DNA of 64,000 nt, taken from positions 9,075 through 73,074 of IMG/VR virus record IMGVR_UViG_3300035130_000336; one strand, 5' to 3'. Position 1 is the first letter of the stretch; every line of letters starts with the position of its first letter. Source of the stretch: a virus. Lineage: Duplodnaviria > Caudoviricetes. The notes under the pieces were generated by a model. The model saw nothing but the letters and a program-made list of their open reading frames with translations. It did no database searches and was not told where the DNA came from. The position numbers were made by a program, and so were the translations under genes. Positions 41,808 through 52,578 of this stretch are shown in pieces.

Positions 41808-44800
41808 AGCAATATACGGTTGATGAATTTGCGGAAGAACTTAAAAATAAATATCCGCAATACAAAAATCTTGATAATAATATATTGGTGGAAAAGGCAT
41901 TATCAAAAAAACCTGAACTTGAACAATATATTATAAAGGAAGAAACCACTCCCGTTTCTTCTCCAACCAAATATACCGTCAAAGAATTCGCCGCCAAATT
42001 AAAGGAACTTCATCCGGAATACGCTTCAATTGATGATAAGGAATTGGTTGATAAAGCCATAGAAAAAAAACCCGATATTAAAAATTATATTGAGACGCCT
42101 TCTCTTCTTGAACGGGGGAAAGAATTTGTTGGGAAAGGCGTGGAAGCGATTAAAGGTTTTGCGGAAAAAATTATTTTTCCATCAGAACCCGGCAATATTG
42201 ATTTATCAAATAGACCGATTGTAAAAAATGCCGATGGTTCAATAAGTACCGTTCGTTCTATAAGTTTTAATGAGAATGGAAAAGAAATTCTTATTCCGAC
42301 TATATCTAATGATGGAAAAATATTGACTGATCAGGAGGCAATTGAACAATATCATAAAACAGGTAAACATCTTGGAAAATTTAATTCGATTGAAGAAGCT
42401 AACAAATATGCTGAAAAGTTGCATCAATCACAAGAGCAACGTTATTCAGAATCGAAAAAACCAATTGGCGCAACGCGATCTTTTGAACCTTCTGAAACAA
42501 TTGAAAAACCGGAACAAAAACCGGAACCGGGACAAATTCCCATTCCTCAATTAAGCGCTGAACCGCAAATAAAGGCTATCGAATCAAGATTTTATAGTAT
42601 TCAAGATTCCCGTGCAAAAGCGCTTGAATTGAAATCTTTGCCGTTGGATACAAGTATTAATCTGATTAACAAATTGCCTGATGATCAAAAAACTGCGGTA
42701 AATGGAGAGCTTGAAAAATTATTAAAAGAAGATAAAGAAGCGAATGCTTTTGCTATGGGGATATTGCAATCAACTTTGGCACCGACTTTTTTTCCGAAAG
42801 AAACCAAAAGGGAAATAGAAAAAACACAACAGGCCGCTCCGATACGATTCGGTGTAGGGCAATTCGCTGGAACGGCAAGTCAGGCTTTGATTGGCGCGGG
42901 CGCATTGAGTAAGCTTCTTGGAAAAACAATCATTTCAAAATCTCCTTTATTGACTAATGCCATTACGAGATTAACTACCGCCGGTGCGATCGCCGCTGAA
43001 CAAAATATAGGAAGGAAAGAAATCGGTGAGGCTATAGGAGATGTCGCGCAACAGAGCGGGGGAGGATTGGTATCGATAATTCCCGAAATTGTCGTTCCTG
43101 CCGGACCTTTACAATTAATAGCACAACCTCTTGGTGATTTGGTATATGATATCGTTTCCGGAAAAATAAGGGGACAGGATGTCGGTTCAAAAAGATGGTG
43201 GAAAAATGAAATAATTACTCTTGCCTCATCCGCTGGATTCGCTATAAGGGATGTTGCTTCAGGGAAGACATTTGAAGTACAGCAACAAGCACAACGGAAT
43301 GAATTAAAAAAGCTTCTCAATTCCGGAAAAACGAAAGAGTGGGAACTTACCCCTGAAGCAAGTCGGCGTATTGATGAGAATGTTAGTAAATGGATTAAAG
43401 AAACAGAATCACCACCAAAATCTAAAGTAATAACTGATGAAGAATCAGAATTTATAGCAGCAAATAAAGGTGTAATGGCAGGTAGAATAAATGTTAAAAA
43501 ACCACCGACGGAAATAGAACTTAAAGCCGTAGATGAAGAAGCACGAATAAGGGAGGAAATAGAACGGCTTACGGAATCGAAACCCGTTGAAAAGACGATT
43601 CGATTCAGATCGGATGAAATGAAAAATGCCGATAATGAAATGAATAAAAGATTGCAGGATGTATCCGAATTCGAACGAGCGGAGGCGCAGAAAGGTTTTT
43701 TACAGCTTCCCGGAGAAAAAAAAGTTATTGAAGGAGGAGAAAAAAAGGTTGCGGAAACATTGGAAGCGGGAAGATATGAATCGTTAAATCCCATTGAAAA
43801 AATAAAAAAATCAATTAATGCCACGATCGGATCGATTAAAAAAAGCTTTACCAAATATGAAAGTGATGTTGAAAGCTATCCTCAATACAGGGATGATCGG
43901 CGTACTGAATTCGATACAATGAGAAGAGGATTGTTTGAAACGGTTGCTAAATATCGTTATGCATCTCTGTCAAAATTGTTTAAAAGTGAAGGAAAGCGGG
44001 GAGTCAGAAAAGCAACGGATATTCTTTTATTGAGAAATTTGAAATTGCGGGGATTAAAAGGTCAGACGCTTGAGAATGATTTAAGTGTTGAACAGGTGCA
44101 AAACCATTTGGATTGGGTTGAAAAAAATTCAAGTAAAGAAGTTCTCGATGCCGTGGAAGATATGAGAACGGTTTTACAGGGTATTGGTAAAGAACTTGTA
44201 GCGCGTGGTAAATTGCCGGAAGCGGCTCTTGAAGTAGATTATTTTCCTCATAAGGTTCTTGATTATACTCCTGAATTTATGCTTGGTTTGAAAACGCCGA
44301 TGAATAGAAAATTCGGCGAACCATATCGACCGTATACAAAAAAAGCGGTCGGATCGAAACGATTGATATCATCTGACGACAGCGTTGTATGGACCCATAT
44401 CGCAAAGGTTTTAGCTGATAACGCACAAGAGGATTGGTTTACAAAGCAGGCATTGAAGTATGATGCCACGAGTCGTGTTACGCCGGAAGAACGTCAAAAG
44501 TTTTATAAAGGGTATGAAACGGTAATAAATGGCAAACGATACAAGGTGATGGAATGGAAGAAAACGAGATACCGGGCGCGTGCAATCAGTGAAGGTTTAC
44601 TGGAAAAAGCGCAACAGGAAGATATGCTCGTTAAGGATTGGCTGGAAACGAAAGGGCCTTTTGGAGGAAAACCGGTAAGAGAAATTACGGCGATGGGTAA
44701 ACCTCAATTGTATTTATTACCGAAGGAAATAGCCGTTGATCTTGATAATCTCATTGAAAAAAGTCCGCCTTTTATGGATGCGATTTATAATATCGGACAT

Positions 44801-46447
44801 TTAACTCAGAAATGGAAAGGTTTCACATTAGCGACGGCTGCATTACCGTATCAGATGGGTAATATAATGGGTGACGGGATATCAACATTGGTTTTTGATC
44901 CTCATGCATATACTTATTTACCGCAATCCAGCCGTGTGGCGATGAGAATATTTTATCCTCAAGGCATCGGTAAAAATATTACTCTGAATAGTTTTGAACA
45001 GAGATTATACGATGTTGCTTTGCAAAAAGACGTTGCTCGAAGTGGAATGACATCCGAACTCAGATATGGGATTTTAAAAAGTTTGTCCGAAAAATATAAA
45101 ACGGCATCGGAATATCGGGAATCCTTGATGCGGCTTTCCATATTGGCACATCAGTTGGACAGGGTAGATAAAGGTGAAGCGGTACAAAATCTGGCTGGAT
45201 TGAATTTAGAAGGATTGGATAATGAATCAGCGGCTGGGAAAGTCGCGAGAGAAGTATTGGTTGATTATTTGGCCGTACCAAGATCATATCAATTGTTTCT
45301 CAGCCGGGGATTGATGCCTTTTGTACGTTTTCATGAAGGGAATTTTCGCAATTATGCACGGGCGATCACGAGAAATGAAGGAACGCATAAAGCATTAAAA
45401 ACCGCAACGCCGATCCTTGCCGCTTATGCGGCGCAATGGGCGTATAATAATTTGTCTGAAAATAAAAAAGACATGGAAATGCAATTGCCCGATTATCTTC
45501 GCGAACGGTGGCATCTGAATTTATTTAAAAACAAGGATGGCAATGTAGTCGTTTGGGCACCGCAACAACCGGTTGACATGGCGATGAGTTGGCTTGGTTT
45601 GGATAAAATGAATAAAATCGCTTCAGATATGAAAGCTGGAAGAATTACTCCGAAACAGGCTGCCGGAGAATTTTGGGATGCCATACGCGGCGGGGCATCC
45701 GAAAATATCGGTTCTTTAATGAATCCGCTGATTCAAGCGTGGCAAGGGTTGCAATCAAACGAAGATCCATTTACTCATCGTAAAATAATGCCGGATGCGG
45801 TACATAGGGAAGGGATATTCAGCAAATATGGAAAACGATATACTATTGGTTATTTAGGGGAAAAACTCATTACGCCGATCGCTCAATATACCCGTACCAA
45901 AAAAGGCGGCGATCCGACGAAAAATCCGTTATTGGATTGGTTAACGGAAGGACCGTTTAATATAAAAAGAGCTTTCGGTATTTATGAAGTAAATCCATTG
46001 ACTCAAAAATTATCGGAACATTTCGAAGTTGCGGGACCGATAGAGGCGGCGAATGAATATTATCGAACGAAGTTTTATGATATTCTGGATGAATACGGAG
46101 ATAATGTAAGTGAGGGTTTGAAAGCCCGGAAAAATAATGTGGCATTAACCGATAAACAACAAAGGGCGATTAATGATGTTGAAGCGTTGGTGAAGACCGC
46201 CAAAGAAAACGGTTTCGAAGGGTTGCAATTGAATACATGGTTCAAAAACAATACCGCGCAGAGAAAAATAATTGATTCCGAATTGCGGAATACGACCGAT
46301 GAAAACAAAAGAAAAGAGTTGATCAACAGAAAAAAGGAATTGTTAACTGGTAGTCAGGTTGAGTATATGAAAAAGGTGCCTAAAACGGGACAGAGAAAAT
46401 ACGTAACTGAAATGCAGCGGCGTAGTGCCATGCCGGGGAATGAATAA
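41804..46447 (+). CDS. Large internal virion / ejection protein (polyvalent-protein-like)
   Basis: 1547 aa; duplicated N-terminal 'YTV.EFA..LK..(Y/H)P.Y...D...LV.KA..KKP'; last gene of structural block. Confidence 0.65.
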   Translation: MKQYTVDEFAEELKNKYPQYKNLDNNILVEKALSKKPELEQYIIKEETTPVSSPTKYTVKEFAAKLKELHPEYASIDDKELVDKAIEKKPDIKNYIETPSLLERGKEFVGKGVEAIKGFAEKIIFPSEPGNIDLSNRPIVKNADGSISTVRSISFNENGKEILIPTISNDGKILTDQEAIEQYHKTGKHLGKFNSIEEANKYAEKLHQSQEQRYSESKKPIGATRSFEPSETIEKPEQKPEPGQIPIPQLSAEPQIKAIESRFYSIQDSRAKALELKSLPLDTSINLINKLPDDQKTAVNGELEKLLKEDKEANAFAMGILQSTLAPTFFPKETKREIEKTQQAAPIRFGVGQFAGTASQALIGAGALSKLLGKTIISKSPLLTNAITRLTTAGAIAAEQNIGRKEIGEAIGDVAQQSGGGLVSIIPEIVVPAGPLQLIAQPLGDLVYDIVSGKIRGQDVGSKRWWKNEIITLASSAGFAIRDVASGKTFEVQQQAQRNELKKLLNSGKTKEWELTPEASRRIDENVSKWIKETESPPKSKVITDEESEFIAANKGVMAGRINVKKPPTEIELKAVDEEARIREEIERLTESKPVEKTIRFRSDEMKNADNEMNKRLQDVSEFERAEAQKGFLQLPGEKKVIEGGEKKVAETLEAGRYESLNPIEKIKKSINATIGSIKKSFTKYESDVESYPQYRDDRRTEFDTMRRGLFETVAKYRYASLSKLFKSEGKRGVRKATDILLLRNLKLRGLKGQTLENDLSVEQVQNHLDWVEKNSSKEVLDAVEDMRTVLQGIGKELVARGKLPEAALEVDYFPHKVLDYTPEFMLGLKTPMNRKFGEPYRPYTKKAVGSKRLISSDDSVVWTHIAKVLADNAQEDWFTKQALKYDATSRVTPEERQKFYKGYETVINGKRYKVMEWKKTRYRARAISEGLLEKAQQEDMLVKDWLETKGPFGGKPVREITAMGKPQLYLLPKEIAVDLDNLIEKSPPFMDAIYNIGHLTQKWKGFTLATAALPYQMGNIMGDGISTLVFDPHAYTYLPQSSRVAMRIFYPQGIGKNITLNSFEQRLYDVALQKDVARSGMTSELRYGILKSLSEKYKTASEYRESLMRLSILAHQLDRVDKGEAVQNLAGLNLEGLDNESAAGKVAREVLVDYLAVPRSYQLFLSRGLMPFVRFHEGNFRNYARAITRNEGTHKALKTATPILAAYAAQWAYNNLSENKKDMEMQLPDYLRERWHLNLFKNKDGNVVVWAPQQPVDMAMSWLGLDKMNKIASDMKAGRITPKQAAGEFWDAIRGGASENIGSLMNPLIQAWQGLQSNEDPFTHRKIMPDAVHREGIFSKYGKRYTIGYLGEKLITPIAQYTRTKKGGDPTKNPLLDWLTEGPFNIKRAFGIYEVNPLTQKLSEHFEVAGPIEAANEYYRTKFYDILDEYGDNVSEGLKARKNNVALTDKQQRAINDVEALVKTAKENGFEGLQLNTWFKNNTAQRKIIDSELRNTTDENKRKELINRKKELLTGSQVEYMKKVPKTGQRKYVTEMQRRSAMPGNE

Positions 46448-46712
46448 CATGATACATCCTGAAGTGCAGGGAGCATTAATAGGCGTGGGAGCGATGTCTA
46501 TCGCCCATATAGGTAAAATGGGATTTGATTATTTAATGCTGAAATTAAATAAAAATGGAAAAAATAAAAATGGATTTTGCAAAGAACATTACAGGCTTGT
46601 CGAAACTCTTAACAAATTGGAAGAACATTATAAGGAAGAAAAACAAATTTTTTTATATAAAGAAGCCATAAAACAGGTTAATAAAGAAATCTTAAATGGT
46701 GCTTTGAAATAA
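46425..46712 (+). CDS. Small membrane-associated protein (holin-like position)
   Basis: Weakly hydrophobic N-terminus followed by charged tail. Confidence 0.35.
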   Translation: MPCRGMNNMIHPEVQGALIGVGAMSIAHIGKMGFDYLMLKLNKNGKNKNGFCKEHYRLVETLNKLEEHYKEEKQIFLYKEAIKQVNKEILNGALK

Positions 46713-46818
46713 AATATTGGGGGGATGATGGATAAACCCGGCTGGATACTCGCGGCGATAGGAACGGTTTTCGTAATGTGGATGTTACTGTATCTGATTT
46801 ACTATTGCAAGTGATAGC

Positions 46819-47199
46819 ATGAAAATTCGAAATCTTTCGGAATTGAATAAATATCCTATTCCGGAACATATAAAGCAACAGATCGTTGATGCATACCGAA
46901 AAAAAAAGAATGGAGATAATACTCCCCATTCCGTTACCGACATGGAACCGGCTTCTCGAAATGAATCCGTTTCAGCGTATTCGGGTGAGACATTTGATTC
47001 ACCTGTTCATATCGATATTTATTCTACCCGAAAGCAAAAGACCGACATTGATAACATATCGGGGAAAGCCGCAATCGACGGAATCGTTAATTGCGGAATA
47101 CTTGAAACTGATTCGCCCGACCAAATCGAAAGCTATCAGGTCCATAAGCCGGAAATATCGCCGGTAGAACAGACGGTGATAGTGATTGAGGAGGTATGA
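46819..47199 (+). CDS. rusA: RusA-like Holliday junction resolvase
   Basis: 'DIDNISGKAAIDGIVNCGILETDS..QI' matches RusA D-x-D-N..K...D......DD motif. Confidence 0.75.
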   Translation: MKIRNLSELNKYPIPEHIKQQIVDAYRKKKNGDNTPHSVTDMEPASRNESVSAYSGETFDSPVHIDIYSTRKQKTDIDNISGKAAIDGIVNCGILETDSPDQIESYQVHKPEISPVEQTVIVIEEV

Positions 47200-47202
47200 T
47201 GC

Positions 47203-48240
47203 GCCTTTGCTTCGCACGACCAAACGATACTTAGCTTTGCTTTTGCTGGGCTAAACACAACAATGCCCCACATTGCCTTTGCAAAACAATGCATTGCATT
47301 ACTTCACTTTGCCTTTGCAACACAATACGCAACACTACCATGCTCTGCCTATGCTCTACTTTACATAACATGACCGCACTTTGCCTTTGCATTACATTAC
47401 ATTACCACGCCTTTACATTACCATACTCAACACCACCATGCTCCGCCTATGCTTCACACGCCGCTACTTCGCTTCGCTTTGCCTTTGCATTACTTCACTA
47501 CACTATACGGTGCTTTTGCATTACTCCACTACACCTGACTCCGCATTGCCTTTGCAACACTATACATTGAATAGCCTTTCCAATGCATCGCAATACTTAA
47601 CTATGCTGATCCTTTGCTAGCACAGCTTCACCATACACTACTTTTGCTTTGTCGTACTGAACGGAACTTTGCCCAACCATTGCAACACATGGCTATACTG
47701 CACAATACAATACCTTCGCATGGCGATACGAAACAAGGCTTCACACTTCCTTTGCGTCGCTAAACCACGCAAAACTATGCCTTTGCCGTATTGAACGGAA
47801 CTTCGCTTTGCCTTTGCGGCGTAAAACTACGCTTCACTCAGCTTCTGCTTTACGCAACGAAACAGCACTATGCTTTACCTTTGCCATACAGCACATCACT
47901 TCGCTTTTGCTTGGCCACTCCTAACTATTCTGTGCCTGTGCCACACGATACAACGCCTCGCCAAGCCTGTGCTTTGCTCCACCGTATCCGGCCCTGCTTT
48001 ACCAAACCATTACAACACAGTGCAGTACAAGGCTATGCCTGTGCTTAACTATACTAGACTTTGCCTGTGCCAAACATGACGAGACTTTGCCTGTGCTTAA
48101 CTTTACTTTGCTTAACGGCACCATACCACGCCTGTGCTCTACTAAACATCACTGTACTTTGCCTGTGCCATACACCACCCTGCAATACATGGTATTAGCG
48201 ATGTTTGACCGCACCGGGCATTCCTATACTTTGGATTGCC
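47203..48240 (-). repeat. Pentamer-grammar array A: + strand (RC-NNN)n punctuated by GCCTTT/GCCTGT; candidate guide-RNA array directly downstream of the RAMP gene
   Basis: e.g. gcctgtgc tct actaa acatc actgt acttt gcctgtgc (48130-48168); degenerate over the last ~50 nt. Confidence 0.9.
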
Positions 48241-48241
48241 T

Positions 48242-48877
48242 TTAGCTTTTTAAATAATTGACGGTAAAGCGGCCTTTTCCACTGTTTCGCCACTGTCCGA
48301 TGCCGCGCAATTGGCCATAATCAAGCCATTCGCGTACGAACTTTTCATGGCTGTCACTTAAACACTGAATTTCCAATTCGCAGGTGCTTCCTGCGGGGAC
48401 GGTTTCACTGTTCGCCAAAGCAATTCTCTCGCCCTGTGCGGTATTTCCGCGAAGAGGACGTTGACAGTTTCCCATCTTGCCTTTTACTTTGATGGCAATC
48501 ATTCTCGGGTGAACGAAAATACATCCATCGATCACCTTTTTATACGCTCTTAATTCTCCCTTCTTTCCTTTACCCGATTCGGATTTTGACGCCTTATACG
48601 TTTCGAATCCCTCACAGCGCATGAGAGCGGCGCAGGTATCCTTGAAAAACCCCTTCCACTGGTAATCCCAAAAGATGGGATTACTATCCTTATCGCGTGG
48701 AAAAATAGTCATTGCTTTTTCAACAACTTCTTCTATCCCGATCGCTTCCACTTCTTCTTCCCGCGACAGCTTATCGGGAGCCTTGCTTGCTATATACTCC
48801 GCATGGATTTCTTTTGACGGACTTGCTGTTCCCAACACTTCTTCTTGGAAAGTGATTTTTACTTTGAGCGTTTTCAT
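48242..48877 (-). CDS. Stand-alone Cas7-like RAMP-superfamily protein
   Basis: RAMP motif order: beta1 'LKVKITFQEEVLGT', 'PIFWDYQWKGFFK' (cf. PxIPGSSLKG), 'ETVPAGSTCELEI' (cf. E.VPxGxxFxFxI), C-terminal G-rich loop 'GIGQWRNSGKGRF'. Confidence 0.8.
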   Translation of the reverse strand: MKTLKVKITFQEEVLGTASPSKEIHAEYIASKAPDKLSREEEVEAIGIEEVVEKAMTIFPRDKDSNPIFWDYQWKGFFKDTCAALMRCEGFETYKASKSESGKGKKGELRAYKKVIDGCIFVHPRMIAIKVKGKMGNCQRPLRGNTAQGERIALANSETVPAGSTCELEIQCLSDSHEKFVREWLDYGQLRGIGQWRNSGKGRFTVNYLKS

Positions 48878-48911
48878 ACTGAACCTTTCTGATAAAATTG
48901 AGGGTTGATTT

Positions 48912-49030
48912 ACCTTTGCATAACTTCACAACACATTGTTTTGCCTTTGCGTTGCCAAACTATTCCTTGCTCAACTCTGCCGTTGCAAAACACCACATTG
49001 CAATACAGCACTTTACAATTGCGATACATC
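48912..49030 (-). repeat. Pentamer-grammar array B (short), immediately upstream of the RAMP gene
   Basis: acctttgc ata acttc acaac acatt gtttt gcctttgc gtt gccaa actat... Confidence 0.8.
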
Positions 49031-49162
49031 TCCTTTCTGTTTGAACCATTTGGTTTTTTCTTTATAATATTTTCTACTCTCCTCTCTTGTTTTATTTTTT
49101 GTTTCTCTATACATTTTGTCACGGGTTTTTCTTATGAATCTCATTACTTTGAAATTTTTCAT
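49013..49162 (-). CDS. Small basic helical protein (49 aa) between arrays B and C, not in the ORF track
   Basis: MKNFKVMRFIRKTRDKMYRETKNKTREESRKYYKEKTKWFKQKGDVSQL translated by hand; occupies the non-repeat gap. Confidence 0.5.
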   Translation of the reverse strand: MKNFKVMRFIRKTRDKMYRETKNKTREESRKYYKEKTKWFKQKGDVSQL

Positions 49163-49196
49163 AATTGATATTTTTTTTGAGATAATAAAAGAAACC

Positions 49197-50716
49197 GTGC
49201 TGTTCCATACGATACGTTACATCGACCTGCTTTTGCAACACTTAACTACGCAAATCCATACAAAGCTTTTGCGGGGCTAGACTAGACATCACAGTACCCC
49301 TGCCTCGCTGCGCGTTACATTACTATGCATTACCCCTGCCCCGCTGCGCGTCACATTGCTATGCTTTACCTTTGTTTTGCTGGGCAATACGTTACCGTGC
49401 GTTGCCATGCCTGTACGGAACTTTACTTAACTCTACTTAGCCTTTGCTCCACAAAACATAACTTCACTTTGCCATTCCTGTGCTACACAAGACACAACCT
49501 TACTCTACCATGCCTTTCCTTTGCTTGGTTATACTGTACCATGCCATACCTGCGCAATACCCCACAATACCGAACTGTACAATGCTACGCCTTAACAATG
49601 CCAAACAGCGCTTTGGCATGCATTGCCGGTGCTGTGCCAAACTACTCAACGCTTTACCATCGCCATGCCAAGCTTTGCCGTTCCTTTGCCGCACTAAACG
49701 CCGCGATACCATGCCTGTGCATAACCATGCATAACTGTGCTCTGCCTGTGCATTACTGAACAACATACCGCTTTGCCTTACCTTTGCAGAACAATGCTTC
49801 GCTATGTATTGCCTGTGCTCCACAATGCATCACAATACTTCACATTGCTTCGCCTTTGCCATACAGCGACATGCGATACTCCGCCTTTCCTTTGCAAAAC
49901 ACAGCGTCACAACGCATAGCCTATGCTTCACGAAACAGCACGTCACAAAACTATGCCTTTGCGTCACTAAACTACACAGTGCCTGTGCTTTACTAAACAT
50001 CACTTTGCTTTTGCATAACAGCACATCACTACGCCTGTGCTTCACCTTACTTCACTCTACATTGCCTGTGCCGCGCAATACATAGCGAAACCAGACCATG
50101 CCTGTGCATAACGTTACCAAACTCTGCTGTGCCTGTGCATTACCTTACCTCACTTCGCTTTACCATGCCAGCGCACCACGGTACAGCACTATGCCTGTGC
50201 ATCACGCTACCAAACAATACATTGTCATGCATGTGCATCACATTACTTCACTTCCCACCGCCTGTGCCTTACTAAACTCCACTCTACAGTGCCTGTGCAT
50301 CACTTGACTTCGCTCTACCTCGCTTTGCCTGTGCATTACATCACCACACAGTGCTTTGCCGGTGCTTCACGTTACAACACTATACACTACATATCCTAAC
50401 CATTTCTTTGCCAAACAGTGCATCACCATACAATGCCGGTGCCATACATTGCTATACCATGCATCGCCTGTGCTTTGCTTCACTCCACCTCGCTTTGCCT
50501 GTGCTTGGCTTAACCACGCTCTGTCTGTGCATTGCATCACGGCACACAACGGGACAGCACTACGCCTGTGCATCACTAAACTATACTGTGCCTGTGCTTG
50601 GCTTAACTAATCTGTGCCTGTGCATCACTTCGCCGCACATAGTTCTGCTGGTGCTTTGTATTACTATACTATGCATCGCCTGTGCATGACAGTACATCAC
50701 ATTGCTTTGCCTCTGT
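49197..50716 (-). repeat. Pentamer-grammar array C (longest, ~1.5 kb)
   Basis: Continuous RC-NNN register with GCCTGT/GCCTTT/GCCGGT punctuation. Confidence 0.92.
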
Positions 50717-50874
50717 ATTGATTCTCTGTTTTTGATACCCTCCCGAATTGATTTTTTGGTTCTCAGAGGCTACAAAAAGACTACAATTGGCCCTGATGAT
50801 AGTATATTTAAGGATAAAATTACTCATGATGGAAAGCAGGTTTTTAAAAAAAGTGCCCAAATTCGTTAAAAAAA

Positions 50875-50929
50875 CGGAGGGGAGAGGATTTGAACCTCCG
50901 GTAGAGTTGCCCCTACGCAGGTTTAGCAA
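50875..50929 (-). other. attP core: 3' half of a tRNA-Ser(GCT)
   Basis: Minus strand TTGCTAA-ACCTG-CGTAGGGGCAACTCTAC-CGGAGGTTCAAATCCTCT-CCCCTCCG = anticodon loop, long variable arm, T-arm, acceptor 3' strand; 5' half absent; ~40 nt from the integrase stop. Confidence 0.85.
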
Positions 50930-50970
50930 CTCTACGGCGGAGTAGGTTTCACCCAATAAAACCAATGGTT

Positions 50971-52023
50971 CTATGCCGTCTTTCGCAGCGAAAAGGCTAC
51001 CTGAGGGCTACATAATACGTCATTTATGATATCAATCTGACGCCGGTTGTCGTAAACATGCTGCGTTTTCGGACTCGTTTGAATGCCCATTTTCTTTAAC
51101 ATCTCATAGGTGAATCCCTGCCGCAACAGATACGTCTCCGCGCAATGCTTTAAATCGTGCCAGTTGAAATCATAAATCCCCACCTGTTTTAAAACTGTAT
51201 CGAAATGCCATCGGGGATCGCTGATTTTTTTCCAGACGACCTTTCCGTTTTTCCGTTCCAACATGGGAAAGAGCCACGGACAATCCTTCGGCAACGAATG
51301 GGCGTACCGGACAAAATCCATGTCGATATTCGGCAGGATCGTTACCCGGATTTTATCTTTCGTTTTCTTCGCCTGAAAACGAACGACCCATCGTGATACT
51401 TCCATCTGAAGATTTTTTCGCTGTAAATTGAAAAGATCCCCCTTGCGGATGGGATTAATAAGGGAGAATTTTACCGCTTCGAGAATGTGGGATTTATGTA
51501 AGGTCAAATAATTGATCAGGGCGTTTTTTTCGCCGTCGGAGAGAATCCGATTGCGCTCGTTGCCTTTCCTGATCCTCCATTTTCTGACCGTGGTTCGACC
51601 GCACCGCCCGGTTTCATAAGCGAAATTGCAGATTGACCGGACGACGATTTTATAATTATTGACGGTATTGACCGCAAGGCCGCTCCCTTCGAGATTTCCG
51701 ACATACCGGCTGTAACCGGCGGCGAAAATCTGCTTGTCGGGAAACAGACGACCCAATTCCTTAATCGATCGGTCGTAACACGCCTGATTAAATCCCCCGC
51801 GTCCGCGCTCGTTCAAATAAAGTTCCGCGCATTTGGAAAATCGTAACGATGTCAAAGAACAATCTCCCGTCAATGAACGGGCTTCGATCTGATTTTTTAA
51901 ATGCTGATCGAAATTATCCGTCTTGCGGCGGAAGTGACGCGCCTTTCCCGCGCCGTTTCGGTATGCCCGGTCAACGTAATACCACCGAACCCCATTTGCA
52001 TCATTCTTATACCAGACTCGCAT
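50971..52023 (-). CDS. int: Tyrosine recombinase / integrase
   Basis: GGGAGGAG RBS before ATG 52023; SAM-like domain 'NTVNNY'; 'IRKGDL', 'WHDLKH', 'MGIQT...HVYD'. Confidence 0.85.
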   Translation of the reverse strand: MRVWYKNDANGVRWYYVDRAYRNGAGKARHFRRKTDNFDQHLKNQIEARSLTGDCSLTSLRFSKCAELYLNERGRGGFNQACYDRSIKELGRLFPDKQIFAAGYSRYVGNLEGSGLAVNTVNNYKIVVRSICNFAYETGRCGRTTVRKWRIRKGNERNRILSDGEKNALINYLTLHKSHILEAVKFSLINPIRKGDLFNLQRKNLQMEVSRWVVRFQAKKTKDKIRVTILPNIDMDFVRYAHSLPKDCPWLFPMLERKNGKVVWKKISDPRWHFDTVLKQVGIYDFNWHDLKHCAETYLLRQGFTYEMLKKMGIQTSPKTQHVYDNRRQIDIINDVLCSPQVAFSLRKTA

Positions 52024-52094
52024 ATCTCCTCCCTTTTCAGGGAGGGTATCTGAGTATAATATAGTATCAGGTAGGGGAAAAGAGGGTATATTTT

Positions 52095-52367
52095 CTACGC
52101 TTTTACGCATACCGCATTATAGATGATTTTATTGGCGTATTCCGGACAGAATTCAGGCGTTTTCGACATATCGTATCGATTGCCCTGTTCGTATTTCACG
52201 CAAGTGTTTTTGAGGGGACACTCTTCACAGGTCGGAATATCTTTTTTCCACCGGTCGGCGTATTCCCGGCAGCCGCCGAGCATACATCGCGGACTCCACT
52301 TATGCGGGACGGCGGAGGGACACCCTTCACACTCTTTTACGGCTTTGCCGCAAATATAGAGGCTCAT
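52095..52367 (-). CDS. Cys-rich hypothetical protein
   Basis: Multiple CxxC; overlaps xis stop. Confidence 0.55.
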   Translation of the reverse strand: MSLYICGKAVKECEGCPSAVPHKWSPRCMLGGCREYADRWKKDIPTCEECPLKNTCVKYEQGNRYDMSKTPEFCPEYANKIIYNAVCVKA

Positions 52368-52567
52368 TTTTTTCTTCCTCTCTCCGGCAATAAAAACTCT
52401 CCGCCGGTCAGTCGTTTTTCAATATCGGCACGCCTGAACCGATAAATTCCCCCGATTTTTACCATACCGGGCAGACGTCGTAACGCCATGTATTTTTCGA
52501 TGAACTTTTTACTGACGTTCAACCTCTCGCTCAGCTCGTCGGGAGTCATCAGCGAATCTTTCGTCAT
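52364..52567 (-). CDS. xis: Excisionase-like HTH protein
   Basis: 'LMTPDELSERLNVS...LPGMVKIGGIYRFRRADIE'; AAGGAG RBS. Confidence 0.8.
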   Translation of the reverse strand: MTKDSLMTPDELSERLNVSKKFIEKYMALRRLPGMVKIGGIYRFRRADIEKRLTGGEFLLPERGRKK

Positions 52568-52578
52568 ACGCGCTCCTT

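Noticed and set aside
42880-43854. 324-aa antisense ORF (also 37275-38177 and similar)
   Set aside because: Shadow of long plus-strand structural genes, with no recognisable motifs.
46425-46820. Complete lysis cassette
   Set aside because: Only small hydrophobic ORFs are seen; no endolysin motif was recognised in the window.
47289-50689. Many short Cys/His/Leu/Thr-rich ORFs on both strands (also 52488-52972 and 62258-63408)
   Set aside because: They are translations of the pentamer arrays in all frames, with no RBS and mutual overlaps; a 5-nt period is incompatible with codon structure.
49197-50716. Simple microsatellite or assembly artefact
   Set aside because: Units differ in sequence while keeping register, recur at six loci in one orientation and respect gene boundaries.
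50875-50945. Intact tRNA-Ser gene
   Set aside because: The 5' anticodon strand, D-arm and 5' acceptor strand are missing; interpreted as attP.
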